Shown here: piece after piece, positions 1 through 15,309 of the stretch
Position numbering within the stretch: the first letter of the stretch is position 1
Layout: each line of letters starts with the position of its first letter
Origin: the human T2T-CHM13v2.0 reference genome, Homo sapiens
Assembly: GCF_009914755.1 (NCBI RefSeq)
Contig: NC_060925.1
Strand: one strand, 5' to 3'
Length of the DNA stretch: 64,000 nucleotides
The notes under the pieces: generated by a model
Databases searched by the model: none
What the model was told of the DNA's origin: nothing
The model's input: the letters and a program-made list of their open reading frames with translations, nothing else
Translations under genes and position numbers: made by a program

Positions 1-231
1 TCCGTTGTCAGAAGAACATTCCTGGCTACCTAGTGGAGAGGAGACATGGGGAGGAGCTGAGTTGCCCTAATTGAAGCCAGCCCAGATCAGTCAACCAACC
101 CCATGACACAAACCAGAGCCATCCAACTGACCCACAGACTCATAAACTTAAGAAATGCCAGTTGTTTCAAGCCACTGAGTTTTGGGCTGGTTTGTTACAC
201 AGCATTGTTATGGCACTAGATAACTGATATA
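1..231 (+). mobile_element. MLT1-family (ERVL-MaLR) LTR, 3' part
   Basis: Ends in the MLT1-type terminus GTTGTTTCAAGCCACTGAGTTTTGGGCTGGTTTGTTACACAGCA...GATAACTGATATA. Confidence 0.8.
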
Positions 232-1032
232 GATACTTGTATGATTTACTTTAGAATGACAGAGGTAGCCCTGTGTACTAACTTGCTATGTGGCCTTGGG
301 GAAGTCACATCTTTCTGAACTGTGAGTTCCTATTTGCTAAGTGGCAGTCTTAACACCCAGGGCTTTCGTGGTGACAGTTCTCGCTAAGCTTCGTTGCTAG
401 AATTAGACTGGGGTTTGAACGTTAGCTTCACCCCTTTCTTCATGCCTGAACTTGACTTATCACTTGGCCTGTCTGAGCCTCATTTCCTTCCCTTGCTGGG
501 TAATCAAGCCATCTTACAGGACTGTCGTACAGATTACAAATTCTTACAGGAAGGGCTGAGTCCAGTGCTTGGCACATATTAGGGACTTGTTCCAGTTATC
601 TATTGCTGCATCCCAACACACCCCAACACTTTGAGGTTTAAAACAACAGCTATTGATCGTTTTCTTAATTCTATGGGCTAATGGGTTGAGTTTTCTGCTC
701 AATCTGTGTTCCGTAGGGTGGTGGGGTAGGGGCAGGGGGGAGTGTTCCTGGGAATTGAAAACTGGGAGTGTCCTAGGCCACCTGAGATGAGTTGGTCACC
801 TTGTTATTGCCTGGATCATTCATGTAGCTGCAGCCGCTGTAGGCTTGCTGGGCTGGGGGGATCCAGGATGGCTTCAGTCATGTGGTTGGCAGTTGGTGCT
901 AGCTGTGGACTGGGAGCTCAGCTAGTACTCTCTGCCAGGGCTTCTAGGTTTTTCTTTATAGCCTGGACTTCCTTACAGCATGCAGTTCTCAAGGCAGCAT
1001 TCCAAGAGGGAGTGTCCCAAGAGTGAAAGCCC

Positions 1033-1301
<269 letters not shown>

Positions 1302-1303
1302 AC

Positions 1304-1305
<2 letters not shown>

Positions 1306-1346
<41 letters not shown>
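1306..1346 (+). repeat. (CA)n microsatellite
   Basis: About 20 perfect AC units. Confidence 0.98.
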
Positions 1347-1778
<432 letters not shown>

Positions 1779-2619
1779 CTAATGCCCCAAAGACCAAAGC
1801 AAGGGGCATGGCCTCCCCCAGAGTCAATGTGAGAGGGGACTTCAGGAGGGCAGAAACACTGAGAGGCATGGTTCACTGGGACCACCAGCAGATGTGCTGG
1901 TCTGCCGCAGATCCATAGGTAGTTTGAGTTGTTACTGTGGTTATTATCCCTATAATGAAAGGCCTGGATTGATGATCTCTGAGGTCACTCCCTTCCAGTG
2001 CCTGTATTCTGTGATTCAGGAGGATGAATGACTCACCCAGGGCCACATAGGGAGGTGGGAGAAGAACCAGATAAATTGTGGAAGTCACATAAACAGCACT
2101 ATTGATAAAACAATCAGTAACTGAGAAATGACAGAAACATAAAACATTCTATATCTAGCTGTTTGTTAGGAGTTTTAAATGTGGCAGGACCATCGCAGGG
2201 GCAAGCTGGTCTGTGCCTGCATCATTGCAGACAGTGATGGGCTGGGAAAAGAGTCAGAGGGACCTGAGGCCATGAGGGTGATGCACACAGATCCTACTGA
2301 GCAAAGGCCTTGCCAGAGGGGACGTGCCTTCAAACCAAGAGTGAAAGAATGTGTACAAATTGAGGCTCAGAGAGCTCAAGCCATTTGCCCAAGGCCACAC
2401 AGCTAGGACATGGTAGAGCTGGGATTCAAACCAGCTGTATCTGGTTGCAAACTCCCAGGCTTATTTTTCAGGTCATACTGACTCCAGTCTTCCTAAATCA
2501 GTAGCCCTGCTCCAGGGTGCTGGGTCAGGGTAGATAGATGGCCCTCGGCCCAGTGGGCCTACAGGTCAGGAAATCCCATTTCCTCGCATTCTTGATCGGA
2601 AAGCCTTTCTGACAGGCAG

Positions 2620-2830
2620 CTTGCTGCATGGTTAAGGTCAGACTTTGGATTGGGGAAACTGGAGTTTGAGGTTCAGATAAGTCTCTTCCTGGCTGTGTGA
2701 CTTTGGGCAAGGATCTTAACCTCTCTGGGCCTCAGTTTTCCCAGATAGCTATAAGGATGAAATGAGAGGGTGTACCCTGAACCCTTAGTCGGGGGTCTGG
2801 CACCCAGTAAACCCTCCGTAATGCTCCCTG
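2620..2830 (+). mobile_element. MIR
   Basis: Core CTGTGTGACTTTGGGCAAG...CTTAACCTCTCTGGGCCTCAGTTTTC. Confidence 0.8.
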
Positions 2831-3682
2831 GTGTCCCAGCCCCAAACACCGCCATCCTCTGTAGCAGTAGTGGAAGGGACAGGATGACAGATGACCTCTC
2901 TAGGCCCATTTCAGACAGGATTCTTCCCCTCAAGGTCCAATAATGCGGGTGCAGATATGTCTGCCTCCTCCTCCATCCCTCTAACCCTCCACCCCCCGGC
3001 CCCGACACCAGCACACGATTGAGAAGGAAACTCAAGCAAAATGAATCGGTTGGCCGGCAGGAGCAGCTGTTGATTTATTTCTGGGAAGGGCCCGGTGTCC
3101 CCTGGAACGGTGACCTCTATTAATGTTGACATGTTCAAAGCCTCATATTGGGATGCAGCACGCCTCTCCTGTCCCTTTAAAGAGCCCGCTGTTAAGTTTC
3201 AAAGACCCTTGCAGAGCATGAGGAGTGTCTGGGAGCACGATTCCTCAAGGAGGAATATTCCATCAAATGCCGCGTGATAAATGGGGACCCGCGTGGTTGT
3301 AGACCCTCACTTTGGACGCGAGTGGCCCAGCGCAGGCGACTTCACTCGCTGGGATAAAAGGAGATTCATTCCAAGCTGAGAGCCTGAACAAACAGCCGGC
3401 GCCTGTGTGTATTTCGGCTGCCCCTGTCCTTTGCTGCAGCTAGTTTCTTGGCCTGGCCGGAGCTGGTTTGGGCTTGGAGAAGGTCAGCTCCTCACCAGGA
3501 ATCAGAAGCTCTGTACTAAGGCGTCTCTGTGTGCCCAAGATGTGCTGGGTGCTTTGCATAAGCTGTCTCACTGCATGCCCGCTCTTTTTGGCCAGGTGAG
3601 AGTTATTATTCCCATTCTCCAGAAGAAGGTGAGGCCCAGAAGATTTGGGGAACTTGCCTAAGGTCACACAACCTAATAATCA

Positions 3683-4171
<489 letters not shown>

Positions 4172-7090
4172 CTAGTGGTCAACAGAGAAACAAACGGCAG
4201 CCTCTGACCCATAGTTGGCACTTACTAGGTTTAAGTTTGTTTCCTTCCCCCTCTCCCTCCCTCCCACCAAGGGAAGGAAGGGGGTATTACAGTGAAGAGA
4301 ACTAGAAAACCCAGGGGTTGGAGTGAATGGCCTGGGTCACACAGGGAGCCTGGACTGGAATCAGGTGGTGATAAACCTCCCTTCTGTATCCAGGATTCCC
4401 TTCAACTCTCACCGAAAGGACTGTTGCCCAAGTGTCAGCTGCGGAGGTCGCTTTGTGAGTCAAGGATGGCTCCCTGCTCTGTTGGACTCCCAGCAGAGGT
4501 CACAAAGCTTCCAGAAGGATAGACTGGGATCCTGGAGAATCTGGGGTTGCTTGGGGCCTCCCTGGAGCTCTGGATAACACCCTTCTCTTCCATGTCACCC
4601 GCTCTCCCACCCAGGCCCCACTCCAGAGAGACGGCCTAGAACTGATTCTTCAAAAGTACATAAGATAACACCAGGACCCCTGCTCTCCCCCTGGCTCTTG
4701 TCCCACTGCAGAATGGCTGCTAAGCCCTGGACACACCCACCCTCTTTTCTGCCTCTGGCTCTTTTTCATGTTGTTCCCCCAGCTGGAACACCTTTCCCTC
4801 TCCCTTCGTAGCCTAACAAAGCCCTTCCTCCTCTTTTGGGCTCAGCACAGTGGTTGCCTCCTCCAGGAAGCCCTCCTTGCCTTTAGCCTGGGCTTGTGTC
4901 CCTCCCCTGGGTTCCTGCAGCCCCTGGGTTTGCTTCTCTCAGCATAGTAATCACCCAGGCAGTAACTCCCTATTTCATCTATTTTCCAAACAGGGCTGTG
5001 AGCCTCTTGAGGGCAGGGCCTGTCCCCCATTCCGGTCAGTGCCCCAGGGCCTGGCACTAGTAGGTGCTCTGTAAACAGCTGTCCTGCAGCGATCGGTGGG
5101 ACGTGGGCATGGCTCGGTGTGTGTGTGTCTGGGCAGGGGTCTCACATGCCAGCTGCTCCTGTGGGAAAAGGCCTCGGAGTAGTGGTTTGGAGTGGCTTTC
5201 TCACCCCCACGGGTCCCACAGCCCCCGCTTCCCTGAGCCCCACTGCAAGGGGTAGCCTATGAGGGCTGGCCAGAGTCAGGGCTCTTCACACCCTCCGAGC
5301 TCCCAATCAATCCCTGTTCCTAATGTGCCCTAGGATTGCTATTCTTCCTTGGCCTGGCCCAGGGCTGGATCGATTCCTCTCTTAAAGGCACAGGCCTCCC
5401 TTTACAGCCATCAGCGGGCATTCTGCAGAGAAGTTTATTTACAAAAAAAGTCTTTTGTTTTATTCTTGACTCGGATGGTGCCAGTTCTCATTCACTGACT
5501 GTGGACAGGGAGCAGGTGCTGGGCTTGGTGCTTGTTATGGATTATCTAGTTTAATCTCTAGGTAACCATCTGAAATGGGGGTATTAGGATTCCCTTTTCA
5601 GGTGGAGACACCAGGCTCAGGTTGGTGTGGTAACTTTTCCAAGGCTGCACAGCCCCCGAGGGGCAGAGCTGGGACTGGAACCCATTTATCTGATGCTGGG
5701 ATCCATATGCATAATGGAGAATGAACCCAGCTTGGGTGAAACTCTGACAGCAGCCCCTCCACCCCCACTACGGGTCTGGGGATATCCCTGAAGCCCCCAG
5801 CACCCTGCTGCCTGCTGTACTGGGGCCGCCTCAGCCCCAGTCCCTGGTCCTGGGAGCAGGTCCCTCCTTTCCCATCCCTCCCTCAGCCTCTTGCCTGCTT
5901 GATTGCAATTAAGGATGAGAACCATTGAATAGGGCTCGAATGGTGAATTAATAACCTTATCTCGCCCCAGCCAAATCTGGGGCCATTGCGCACCTCTGGC
6001 CCAGGGTGGGGAGGGCTTCTTTATCAGGCTGCAGGCAGCGCTCAGATTTTCCTTCTCAGACAAGATGAAACAATTATCTGGTCTGCTGGCTGCTTCCCCT
6101 CCCCACCCCCAGCTGCTGCTGCGAGTGCCCAGCCACTACCTGGAAATTCCTTAAAGCCCAGGGCTTCTGTTGGGAAATGCACCCCGAGCTGCTTGTGTGA
6201 AGTCTCAGTGCTGGATTGGTTCCATGCAATGCATTGGTGCCTGCCTCTGTCACCAAGCAGGGAGTGACGGTGTTCCCCTGGAAATGATGGTACTTTGTCT
6301 AGTTCGGGGTGGAGGCTGTGTCATGGCAAGGGCCACTTTTAGGCTATGAGCTCCCACCTGCAAGGACAAGGACTGGTGTTGGCCTGGCAGGGAAGGGTCT
6401 CAGTACCTAATTTGAGAAAGAAAAGATGGCGCTCCCCTTGATCCTCTTTGGCTGTTGGCTCATTTTCCTCCTAGCCATGGTGGAGAGGGGGGCTCTGTTT
6501 CTCGGGGGTACCCTGAGGGCTCTTGCCTCATAGGCAGTAGAGAGGTGAAACTGCTGTTGCCCTACCTAAAGTCTCTGCCTCCTTGGCTGACTCTAGCTGG
6601 TTCACTTGCTCTGCTGGGAGACCCTTGTCATGGTAAAGGGACCCAGATTTGGCTGTGATGCTGGAGGGAGAGAGAAACAGCTGACCCCTGTGACATGGGC
6701 CCACATTTCAGATGCTCACCACGGAGGTGGCTCAACACAGCTCAAAGAATGTGGAGGCTTGGTCAGACCTCGTGGCATCCTGGCTCTGCTACTCGAAAGC
6801 CAGGGTCTCTGGGTGAGGAATCTGACTGTTCTTAGCCTCAGGTTCCTCCTCTGTGAGCTGGGGACACTGGCAGTAAGGAGTACCAGGCGATTTTGAGAGG
6901 CAAACGAGTCAATCTGTGTGAGTGCCTAGAACCATGCCTGGCCCAGAGTCAGGGTTGTGTAAGCATTTGTGGTCATTCTTCTATTTGATCTTCATGTGAG
7001 AACCCTCTGAGAGGTCATCAGAAAACTGAGGATTAGAGAGGGGAGGAACTTGTCCAGGGCCACATAGCTTTGAAGGGAGAGCTGGGATTT

Positions 7091-7221
7091 ATTTATTTAT
7101 GCTAGAGACATGGCCTTGCTGTGTTGCCCAGGCTGGTCTTGAACTCCTGGCCTCAATCAATCCTTCCCTCCTCGGCCTCCCAAAGTGTTGGGATTACAGG
7201 CATGAGCACCGCATCTGACCT
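7091..7221 (-). mobile_element. Alu left monomer (FLAM/AluJ) inside a MIR
   Basis: Single arm; TSD GAGAGCTGGGATTT on both sides. Confidence 0.85.
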
Positions 7222-7768
7222 TAGAGAGCTGGGATTTAAATCTCTAAATCCTTCCACCTTATTTTGCGGACAGGGGCCCAGGGCTCTGGGTCTCCCCTCT
7301 GTCCCTGACTCATCATGTGACCTCAGGCAAGTTACTTCACCTCTTTAGGCCTCTGTTGCTGCACCTTTAAGATGGTGATATCCTCTGCTGAAAGAAGGCA
7401 GAGGATTGATTAGATGGAATGGAATAGACTCGAAGGGGCCTCAGAATCCATCCAGGCTCATTCTGTCCTTTTAACGCTATGGTCACTAAAGCATAGAGAA
7501 AAGGAGAGAGCTTCCAGAATTACACAGCGTTTGGGATGCAGCCAGGGCCAGAAGTTTCCAGCATCCAGAGCCCGGGTCCAAGAAGTCACCTCTGGTGGCC
7601 TTCCTTGTTGAGACTTCAGGATCCTCCCCACCTGGTGGGTGGTGTCACCCACATCCCAGCTGCAGGTTCTGTGGCTTCTTGGCTCAGCCCTCTTATGCCT
7701 CTTCTGATGGGTCTGGCCAGTTACAAACTGTGTCCATCTGTGGCACACCTTCCAAAAAAACCTGTGGA

Positions 7769-8257
<489 letters not shown>

Positions 8258-8569
8258 TTACTGATACCCCAGAAAGCGAATGCCCCAGGAATACTGATCT
8301 TTAAGGATTATTGGGACCTCAAGCTCTGGAAATTGTGATTGTAGGAGCATTAATTGCCCAAGAACACTGTTATTTAAGAAGTACTGAGTGCCCATCTCAG
8401 GAAATTGATCCCCTGCAAGTATTGATTCTACTGTGCTGTTGATACCCCAGGAGCTTTGCTTTCTACTCTCCAGGCCCTCAGCAACCTGACTTTCCCTGAG
8501 TTCATTTAGGGGCAGCAGGGGTCCCTGTGAGTGATTTCTTCCAGGAGGGAATTTGGAGGAACATTCCAG

Positions 8570-8740
8570 AGCTTGGCTCTCACACTTGAGCTGCATCACA
8601 ATCAGCTAGGGGGCTTTGTAAAACACAGCCTGCTGGGCCCACTCCCAGAGTTTCAGATTTAGCAGGTCTGGAGTAGAGGCCAAGAATTTACACTTGTAAC
8701 AAGTTCCAAGGTCTGTGAGGCCACACTGTGAAGACCACTG
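8570..8740. mobile_element. MER5A (hAT-Charlie MITE)
   Basis: CCCAGAGTTTCAGATTTAGCAGGTCTGG...GAATTTACACTTGTAACAAGTTCC...GACCACTG. Confidence 0.75.
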
Positions 8741-8756
8741 TTCTAGAGGTGAGATG

Positions 8757-8925
8757 ATGGGTTCTCAGCCCCAGCTGCACCCGGGCATCGTCCATGAAGC
8801 TTTGAAAACTCTGTCAGGGGCCCCAGACCTCACTCCTAGAGGTTGACTTAATTGGTCTGGGATGGAGCAGGACATTTAAAAGGTTCTCTGGGTGATTCTG
8901 GTGCAGTCATGAGCTGGGAATCAGC
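8757..8925. mobile_element. MER5A1-like MITE
   Basis: GGTTCTCAGCCCCAGCTGCAC...GACTTAATTGGTCTGGG...GGTGATTCTGGTGCAG. Confidence 0.6.
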
Positions 8926-9590
8926 CAAGTTTGGGGTGAGGTGAGTGAGCACCTGTACCCTGCTAAAGGTTCTGAGATGGGGGAGGCAAAAGACACACCT
9001 TGGGCTTAGCTCCCAGTGGGGAACCCCCAGACTCAGGGCCAGGCAGCGCAGGGGCCTCCCCTTGGAGCTACTGAGGTAGCACTGCTAGGGGGTCCATTCA
9101 TTCATCTACCTGCCTGTATTCAGTAGACATGGCACTGTTCTAGACCATGGGGATGAATGAGGCAGACAGAGCTCCCCACCATCAAGCAGTTCATAGCATC
9201 AATGTGGCTATGGACCACACTGGACCACACTCATGGTCCAAAGGTGTCCTGGCACCCAAGGCTCCCTTTGTTCATACTCATGACTGTCAAGGTGATGGAA
9301 GCTAGATACTGGGACAGGCAGTGGAGTCAGGGCTGGGCAGGGGACAGCGGGTGGGCTCTCTGTATACCCTCTGGGGAGATTCTCCAAAACCAGCCAAGAA
9401 GGGGTTTGACTGTTTCTTGTTGGCAGACGTTGGTCAGTTTCTAGGCACCTCACGGTCACCCAGTCCAACTCCTGCCTGCAGCAAAGATGGCAGCAGCCTC
9501 CCCTACTCATGGGCTTGTCTCCTGGTGGTGGTCTAGGAGCCCCTTCTATCTTAGGTCTCTGCCCCATTTTGTTCCTTCTTTGGCTGACAG

Positions 9591-9899
<309 letters not shown>

Positions 9900-10467
9900 G
9901 TAAGGGTTTTTTTTTTTTTTGTCTCCGGTTTTTGACCCCTTCCATCTCTGTTTCTCCTTTGTTTGCCTATCTCCACCCCTCCAGCACCCAGTCGGACCAC
10001 TGACACCTTAGGACAGTTGGATTTTTTTCTAGCTCTGTCTCCTTGGACAGCACCTTTCCTGGTTGGCTCTCTTCCCTGCCCACACCCCCTTCCTCTTGAT
10101 AAACACTTTCCAAACCTCAAGCTCCAAGACCCCTTTGGCAACTGCTTGACCTGTTTCCCTCCCACTACCTGTGGATATAAGATTCCCTCCCTGGTGAGGG
10201 CACACGGAGCATCCCGCCTTTCCCCTCTCCCCAGGCTTGTGCACCAGGGGGCTACTCAAGGGGCAGAGCCCCCAATGGGCAGGTTTCAATCTTGGTTGGG
10301 TCAGGAAGCGAGGTCCTCAAGCCTGGTCGGGGTGGTGGCTGTGGTTCATTCTCTGATCAATATTAATTTGGTGACAGGTATTGACTGCCTGTGGTGCTTC
10401 AGGCAGAGGGAGAGAGAAATAGTCACAGTCCTTACCCTGGTGAGTTAAAAGGATAATGCTTAAGATG

Positions 10468-10640
10468 CCATTCACCCACCCTTCTATCCATTTGTCATTC
10501 ATTCATTCATTCATTCATTCATTCATTCATTCATGTATCCATTCATTTATTCGGTAAATAGCAAGCACCTACTACTGTATAGGAGTAAACCCGAGACAAT
10601 CTCTGCCCTCAAAGTCACCCCCTAGTGGGGAAAACAGACA
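10468..10640 (-). mobile_element. L2 3' end with (TTCA)n
   Basis: ATTC tetramer array followed by AAATA...AGCACCTACT. Confidence 0.7.
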
Positions 10641-11469
10641 AGCAGACAGACAACTGGGGGGCTCTGAGTGCAGAGCTCTCAGCAGATTCCAGGTCTGGGT
10701 GGCCAGACCTCTTTTTGAGCAGACCCAGCAGCGGGCTAGGCTCGGACAATCGCTGCAGCCCTTGGCTCTGGCCTGGCTCAGGGACAGGTGGGGCTGATTG
10801 GACACAGCTCAGAAGGGTGGTCCTGGGATGCTACTAAGCCTCCCTGAGCTAGAAAGGGATTGGGGGCCACAGACCAGAACCTGCTATAGAGTGCGCCCCT
10901 TAAAACCTCAAGGAGGTCGTGCATGAGAATGCAAACCGGCTGCCGGGGAAAGGGGAGGAAATCCATTTCCCAGCTTGGAAATTATTGAATATTTAGGAGC
11001 CGGAGCAGATCATTTAGAGGGGAAATGAATTTCTCCGGTTTCCTCTGGCCAAGATAAATCAGCCCGGATGCTCTTGTACTTTCATTTACCCCCACAGAAC
11101 AGGTCTGGATGGGTGTTTATGCAGCGCTCAAATAATCATTCTTCCAGAAGTGGTAGCGATTGCTTCCAAAGCCATCGACTTTCTCTTAATGCTGGTGTGG
11201 TGACCCGCTTGGTCAGCCCCTGCCTGTGCACATCCCTGGGGTGTGGAGCCCAAGAAGGGGAGGAGCAGGGCTGGCTGGTCATAGGTTTGTCCGTAGTGCC
11301 ATTGCCCTCCGGATGGTTGAGGTCTTGCAGGCTTGACAGGGCACTGAGCAAGCTCCAAGCCTTAACCAATAACAGCTAGAGACCTACCAAAGTTGGCTAA
11401 GGGTCTGAGCTGGGAACAGGAGGATTAGGGGGTGCAGGATTTAAGTCAGATTTAAGAAAGAACTTCCTG

Positions 11470-11844
<375 letters not shown>

Positions 11845-11950
11845 CTACGGGGCATGGAGGCAGGGGATGGACTGAATGGCTTCTGAATCCTGAATGACCC
11901 AGGATTCTGTGATGTCCAACTAATCTTCACAAAGTGATGTTTTCCTAGAC

Positions 11951-12167
11951 CAGGGTTCTGCAAACTTTTTCTGTAAGGGACCAAACAAGTAAATTATTTT
12001 GGCTTTGGAGGCCATATGATTTCTGTTACAACTGCACAACTCAACTCCACTGCTGTAGTGCCGAAGGAGCCGTAGGCAACGTGTGAATGAGTGGAAGTGG
12101 CTGTGTTCCAATGAAACAGGGAGTGAGTGGCCTGGATTTGGCCCGCCTGCCATAGTTTGCTGGCTTT
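11951..12167 (+). mobile_element. MER58A (hAT-Charlie)
   Basis: CAGGGTTCTGCAAACTTTTTCTGTAAGGG...GGCTGTGTTCCAAT...GGATTTGGCCC...CCATAGTTTGC. Confidence 0.85.
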
Positions 12168-15100
12168 ATTCCAGAGACTGAAAACTCTTTGGGGGTTTCT
12201 TAGAGGAATCAATGTTTCTGGCTCTTGTCTGTTTTTGAAACAACTCTCTTTCGCTTTCCTGATGAAAAAGTAACATTTGCTTATAGCAAAACATTAAAAT
12301 AATACAGAAAGGTAGAAGGGGGAAGTCGTTGGTAATCTTCCCCTGCTCAAAGTTCACAGTTTAATGTCTGTATGTATTTTTGCCCTAATATTATGTTCTA
12401 TTTAAAGGCCATCTTATACAGACCGTATTTACAGAGGCTGTTGTATTTTGAGTCCCAAGTGGACTCCGGTTTAAAAAGGAAATCTGGAGACGGCCGTTGG
12501 GAAATCAAGTCCAGGGTGATAGGAAATGGACAAAGTAGACTTCTCTTTCCTGGGGGTGTTCCCTCTGAGGGAGCTGCCTGATGCCTCTGAGGGTGGAGGA
12601 GGGATGGGTGGAGGAGGGATGGGTTGAGGAGAGGCGGGGAGGGGAGGGGGCCGGGCCTGCTCCTGCTCCTGCTCCTGCTGGGAGCTCAGAAGCTGCTGGG
12701 AACAACTTGCAAGAACCCAGCCATGGGGCAGGGACCGCGAGACCCCAAGATGCACATCCCAGTGGGTCCCGGACAGCTGCAAGATGAATCCTGAGCCGCA
12801 CAGGGCTGGTTTTTGGCTGCCCTGAGGAGCTCTCAGCTTGGGCCTCTGGGCTTATCTGTCCACTTCTGGAGGGGAGGAGAGGCTGTTTCCAAGAGGACCC
12901 CTTGAATGCTGTGGGAGGCTGCTCCTTCTCCTCCCCCACCCTCCACCTTGAGCAAAAAGACACTGAAGCATCCGAGCCCTGAAACAGAGGCCCACATCCC
13001 CATGCACTGGCTTATCTTCAGTCTCAGATCCGCAGAGGAGGACATATTTTTTTTCCCTAATGGTGACAGGATCAAGGAGAAAGGAAGAGGACAAAAAGGC
13101 CACCTGAACCAGCTGTCCATCTCCACTTCAAGGCAGAGAGGAGGATTGGGGGGCAGGAATGGGGAACATCGCCCCCTGCCAAGGCGAGACTTTTGCCCAC
13201 AGTCCCCACTGTGGCCATCACACACCTTGGCCCTCACTCATTTCCGGCACTTGGCGTTCTAGGATCACAGGATCACACTCAGGTCTGACCCTCGGCTCCT
13301 GGGGACAGGGAAGGGCCCAAGACACAGTGGTTTTCTGTCAGAGGCCGAACAGCCTGATGGTTCTAGGAACAGGTTTGGGAATCACTCAGGTCTGAGTTCA
13401 GGTTCCAGCTTTGTCACTTCCTCATCATGGGCCAGTTTGGCCCCATTTGAACCTCAGTTTTCTCATCCGTAAAATGGGTATAAAGTTAGCACCCTAAGGA
13501 TGACATGAGATGCTTCATTGTGTAAAGTGTCTACCCCAGTGAAAGATACAAGAGTGATTTTTCATTCCTTCCTGCATTTCTTTGATAAAATCTAATTGGG
13601 GACATCAATAAAATCTTGTACTAAACCTCAGGCTGATAGGAGGCTCTGGAGAAAACTGTTTTCTGTTGTTTTTGTTCTTTAGAATCTTAAGATTCTCAAT
13701 GACAAAGCTGGGCTGCAAGCTCCTTGGGCAGAAACCCTGACCAGCACATTCACGGCTGTATCCCTCTCTAATGCCCAGCCAAGGCCTGGCGCCCAGTAGG
13801 TGCTCATAAGCAGTTGTGGAAGAATGAAGGTATCAAAAGCTGCAGAAAGAAGGGCTTCCCCCTGCAGAGAGTGGAAGAGGCAGAAAGGCTGAGCAGTCAC
13901 CTTCCCACCCCCCACCCCCGGCAACCCGAGAGCTGATGGCCCAGTTTTCCATGCCCCTGTGTTATGCTACAAATTAGTTTCAGGTCGGCCAGATCCAATT
14001 TGGTTCCTAAGGCTTTTTTTTTTCTCTTTAAAGAGGTGTAATTAAAAAACAATAACAACAATGGAACAGAAGTTCAGCTATCACAGTTGATTTTTCACAG
14101 AGGCTGGTGATGGGGAAGCTGGAGCAGCCCTGTGTGATTCTGGTAGCTGTGCCAGGCAGGGAGCAGGCGGGTGTCCCTGCCTCCTTGAGCATGTGCTGTC
14201 CCAGGAGGGACACCGAGGCCGGGCATGTCTTCCCCCCGACTGGACTGCGGGGCAGACCTCACTGGCCTCACAGCCAAGCTAACCTCTCTCTTTGTCCCTG
14301 TTTGTCTTCTGCAAGGCTGAGTCTCTGGTCAGCTTTCTGCAGTCTTGGCCTGCACTCCTCAATCTGTGACCCACCGCAGTCTCCTCTCATGCAGGAAGGC
14401 TGCCCAGCCGCCCTGTCATGTCACAGCGGTGTGGAGCTGGGAGGGGCCTTGGAGCCTGGGCTCCTACTCATCATGACAGCCAATGCTCACAGCTAGCTGT
14501 GAATGCACACCTACTATGTGCCTGCATCTCCTCCTCCTCCTCATGACATGAGGTAGGTGATGTCATGTCCCCCTTTTATAGATAAAATAACTGAGGCTTA
14601 GGGAGGTGAAGTTTCTTGTCCAAGGATAACAGCTAACAAGGGGCTAAGTTGGGGAAGACTGTGCCGGACGCCACCCTGCGGCAAGTTGAGGACACAAAAC
14701 CAGGCAAGTCAAGCTGTTGATGTCAAGCAGTTCAGAGACCTTGAACCAGGCTGGCTGGCTAGCTGGATGGATAGACAGACAGAAAGCCAGATTTGGAGGC
14801 ACAGAGAAAAACAGGTAATGAAGCCAGGCTGCACAGTGGATCTCTTTGTTCTCAATTTCATGGGCGATGAGTGAACAAGTCTCATTGGCCCTGATGCTAG
14901 CTTGCTGTGTGAACTTGGCGATCCATTGATTCTCTCTGAATGTAATGATGCCATCTGTGAAATGAGGGCTTAGATACCACAGCTCCTAAAATCCCATTGG
15001 GCCTCAGTGTTCACTAATTTTCTAAATCTCCAAACTCCACAGTTGTAAGATCCACATTCATCCTGTAAATCCAAGGGAGTGGTGTGGGCGGTGGTGGATG

Positions 15101-15309
15101 ACATTTTAATTCTGACTTGCTGAAATTCTCTAAGAGCAGCAATTATAAGCTGGCAGCTGAGAATGAGACACAGGTATCTTTTGTGTACATCCACAAATAG
15201 TATTTATTTCTTCTTAATTAGCAGCCAGCATTTAAAATCAGGTGATTTTTCAACTTTCTTTGGAAAACTGAAAGGTTAGGCAACATGGGATCCTGCTCCC
15301 AGCACAGTG

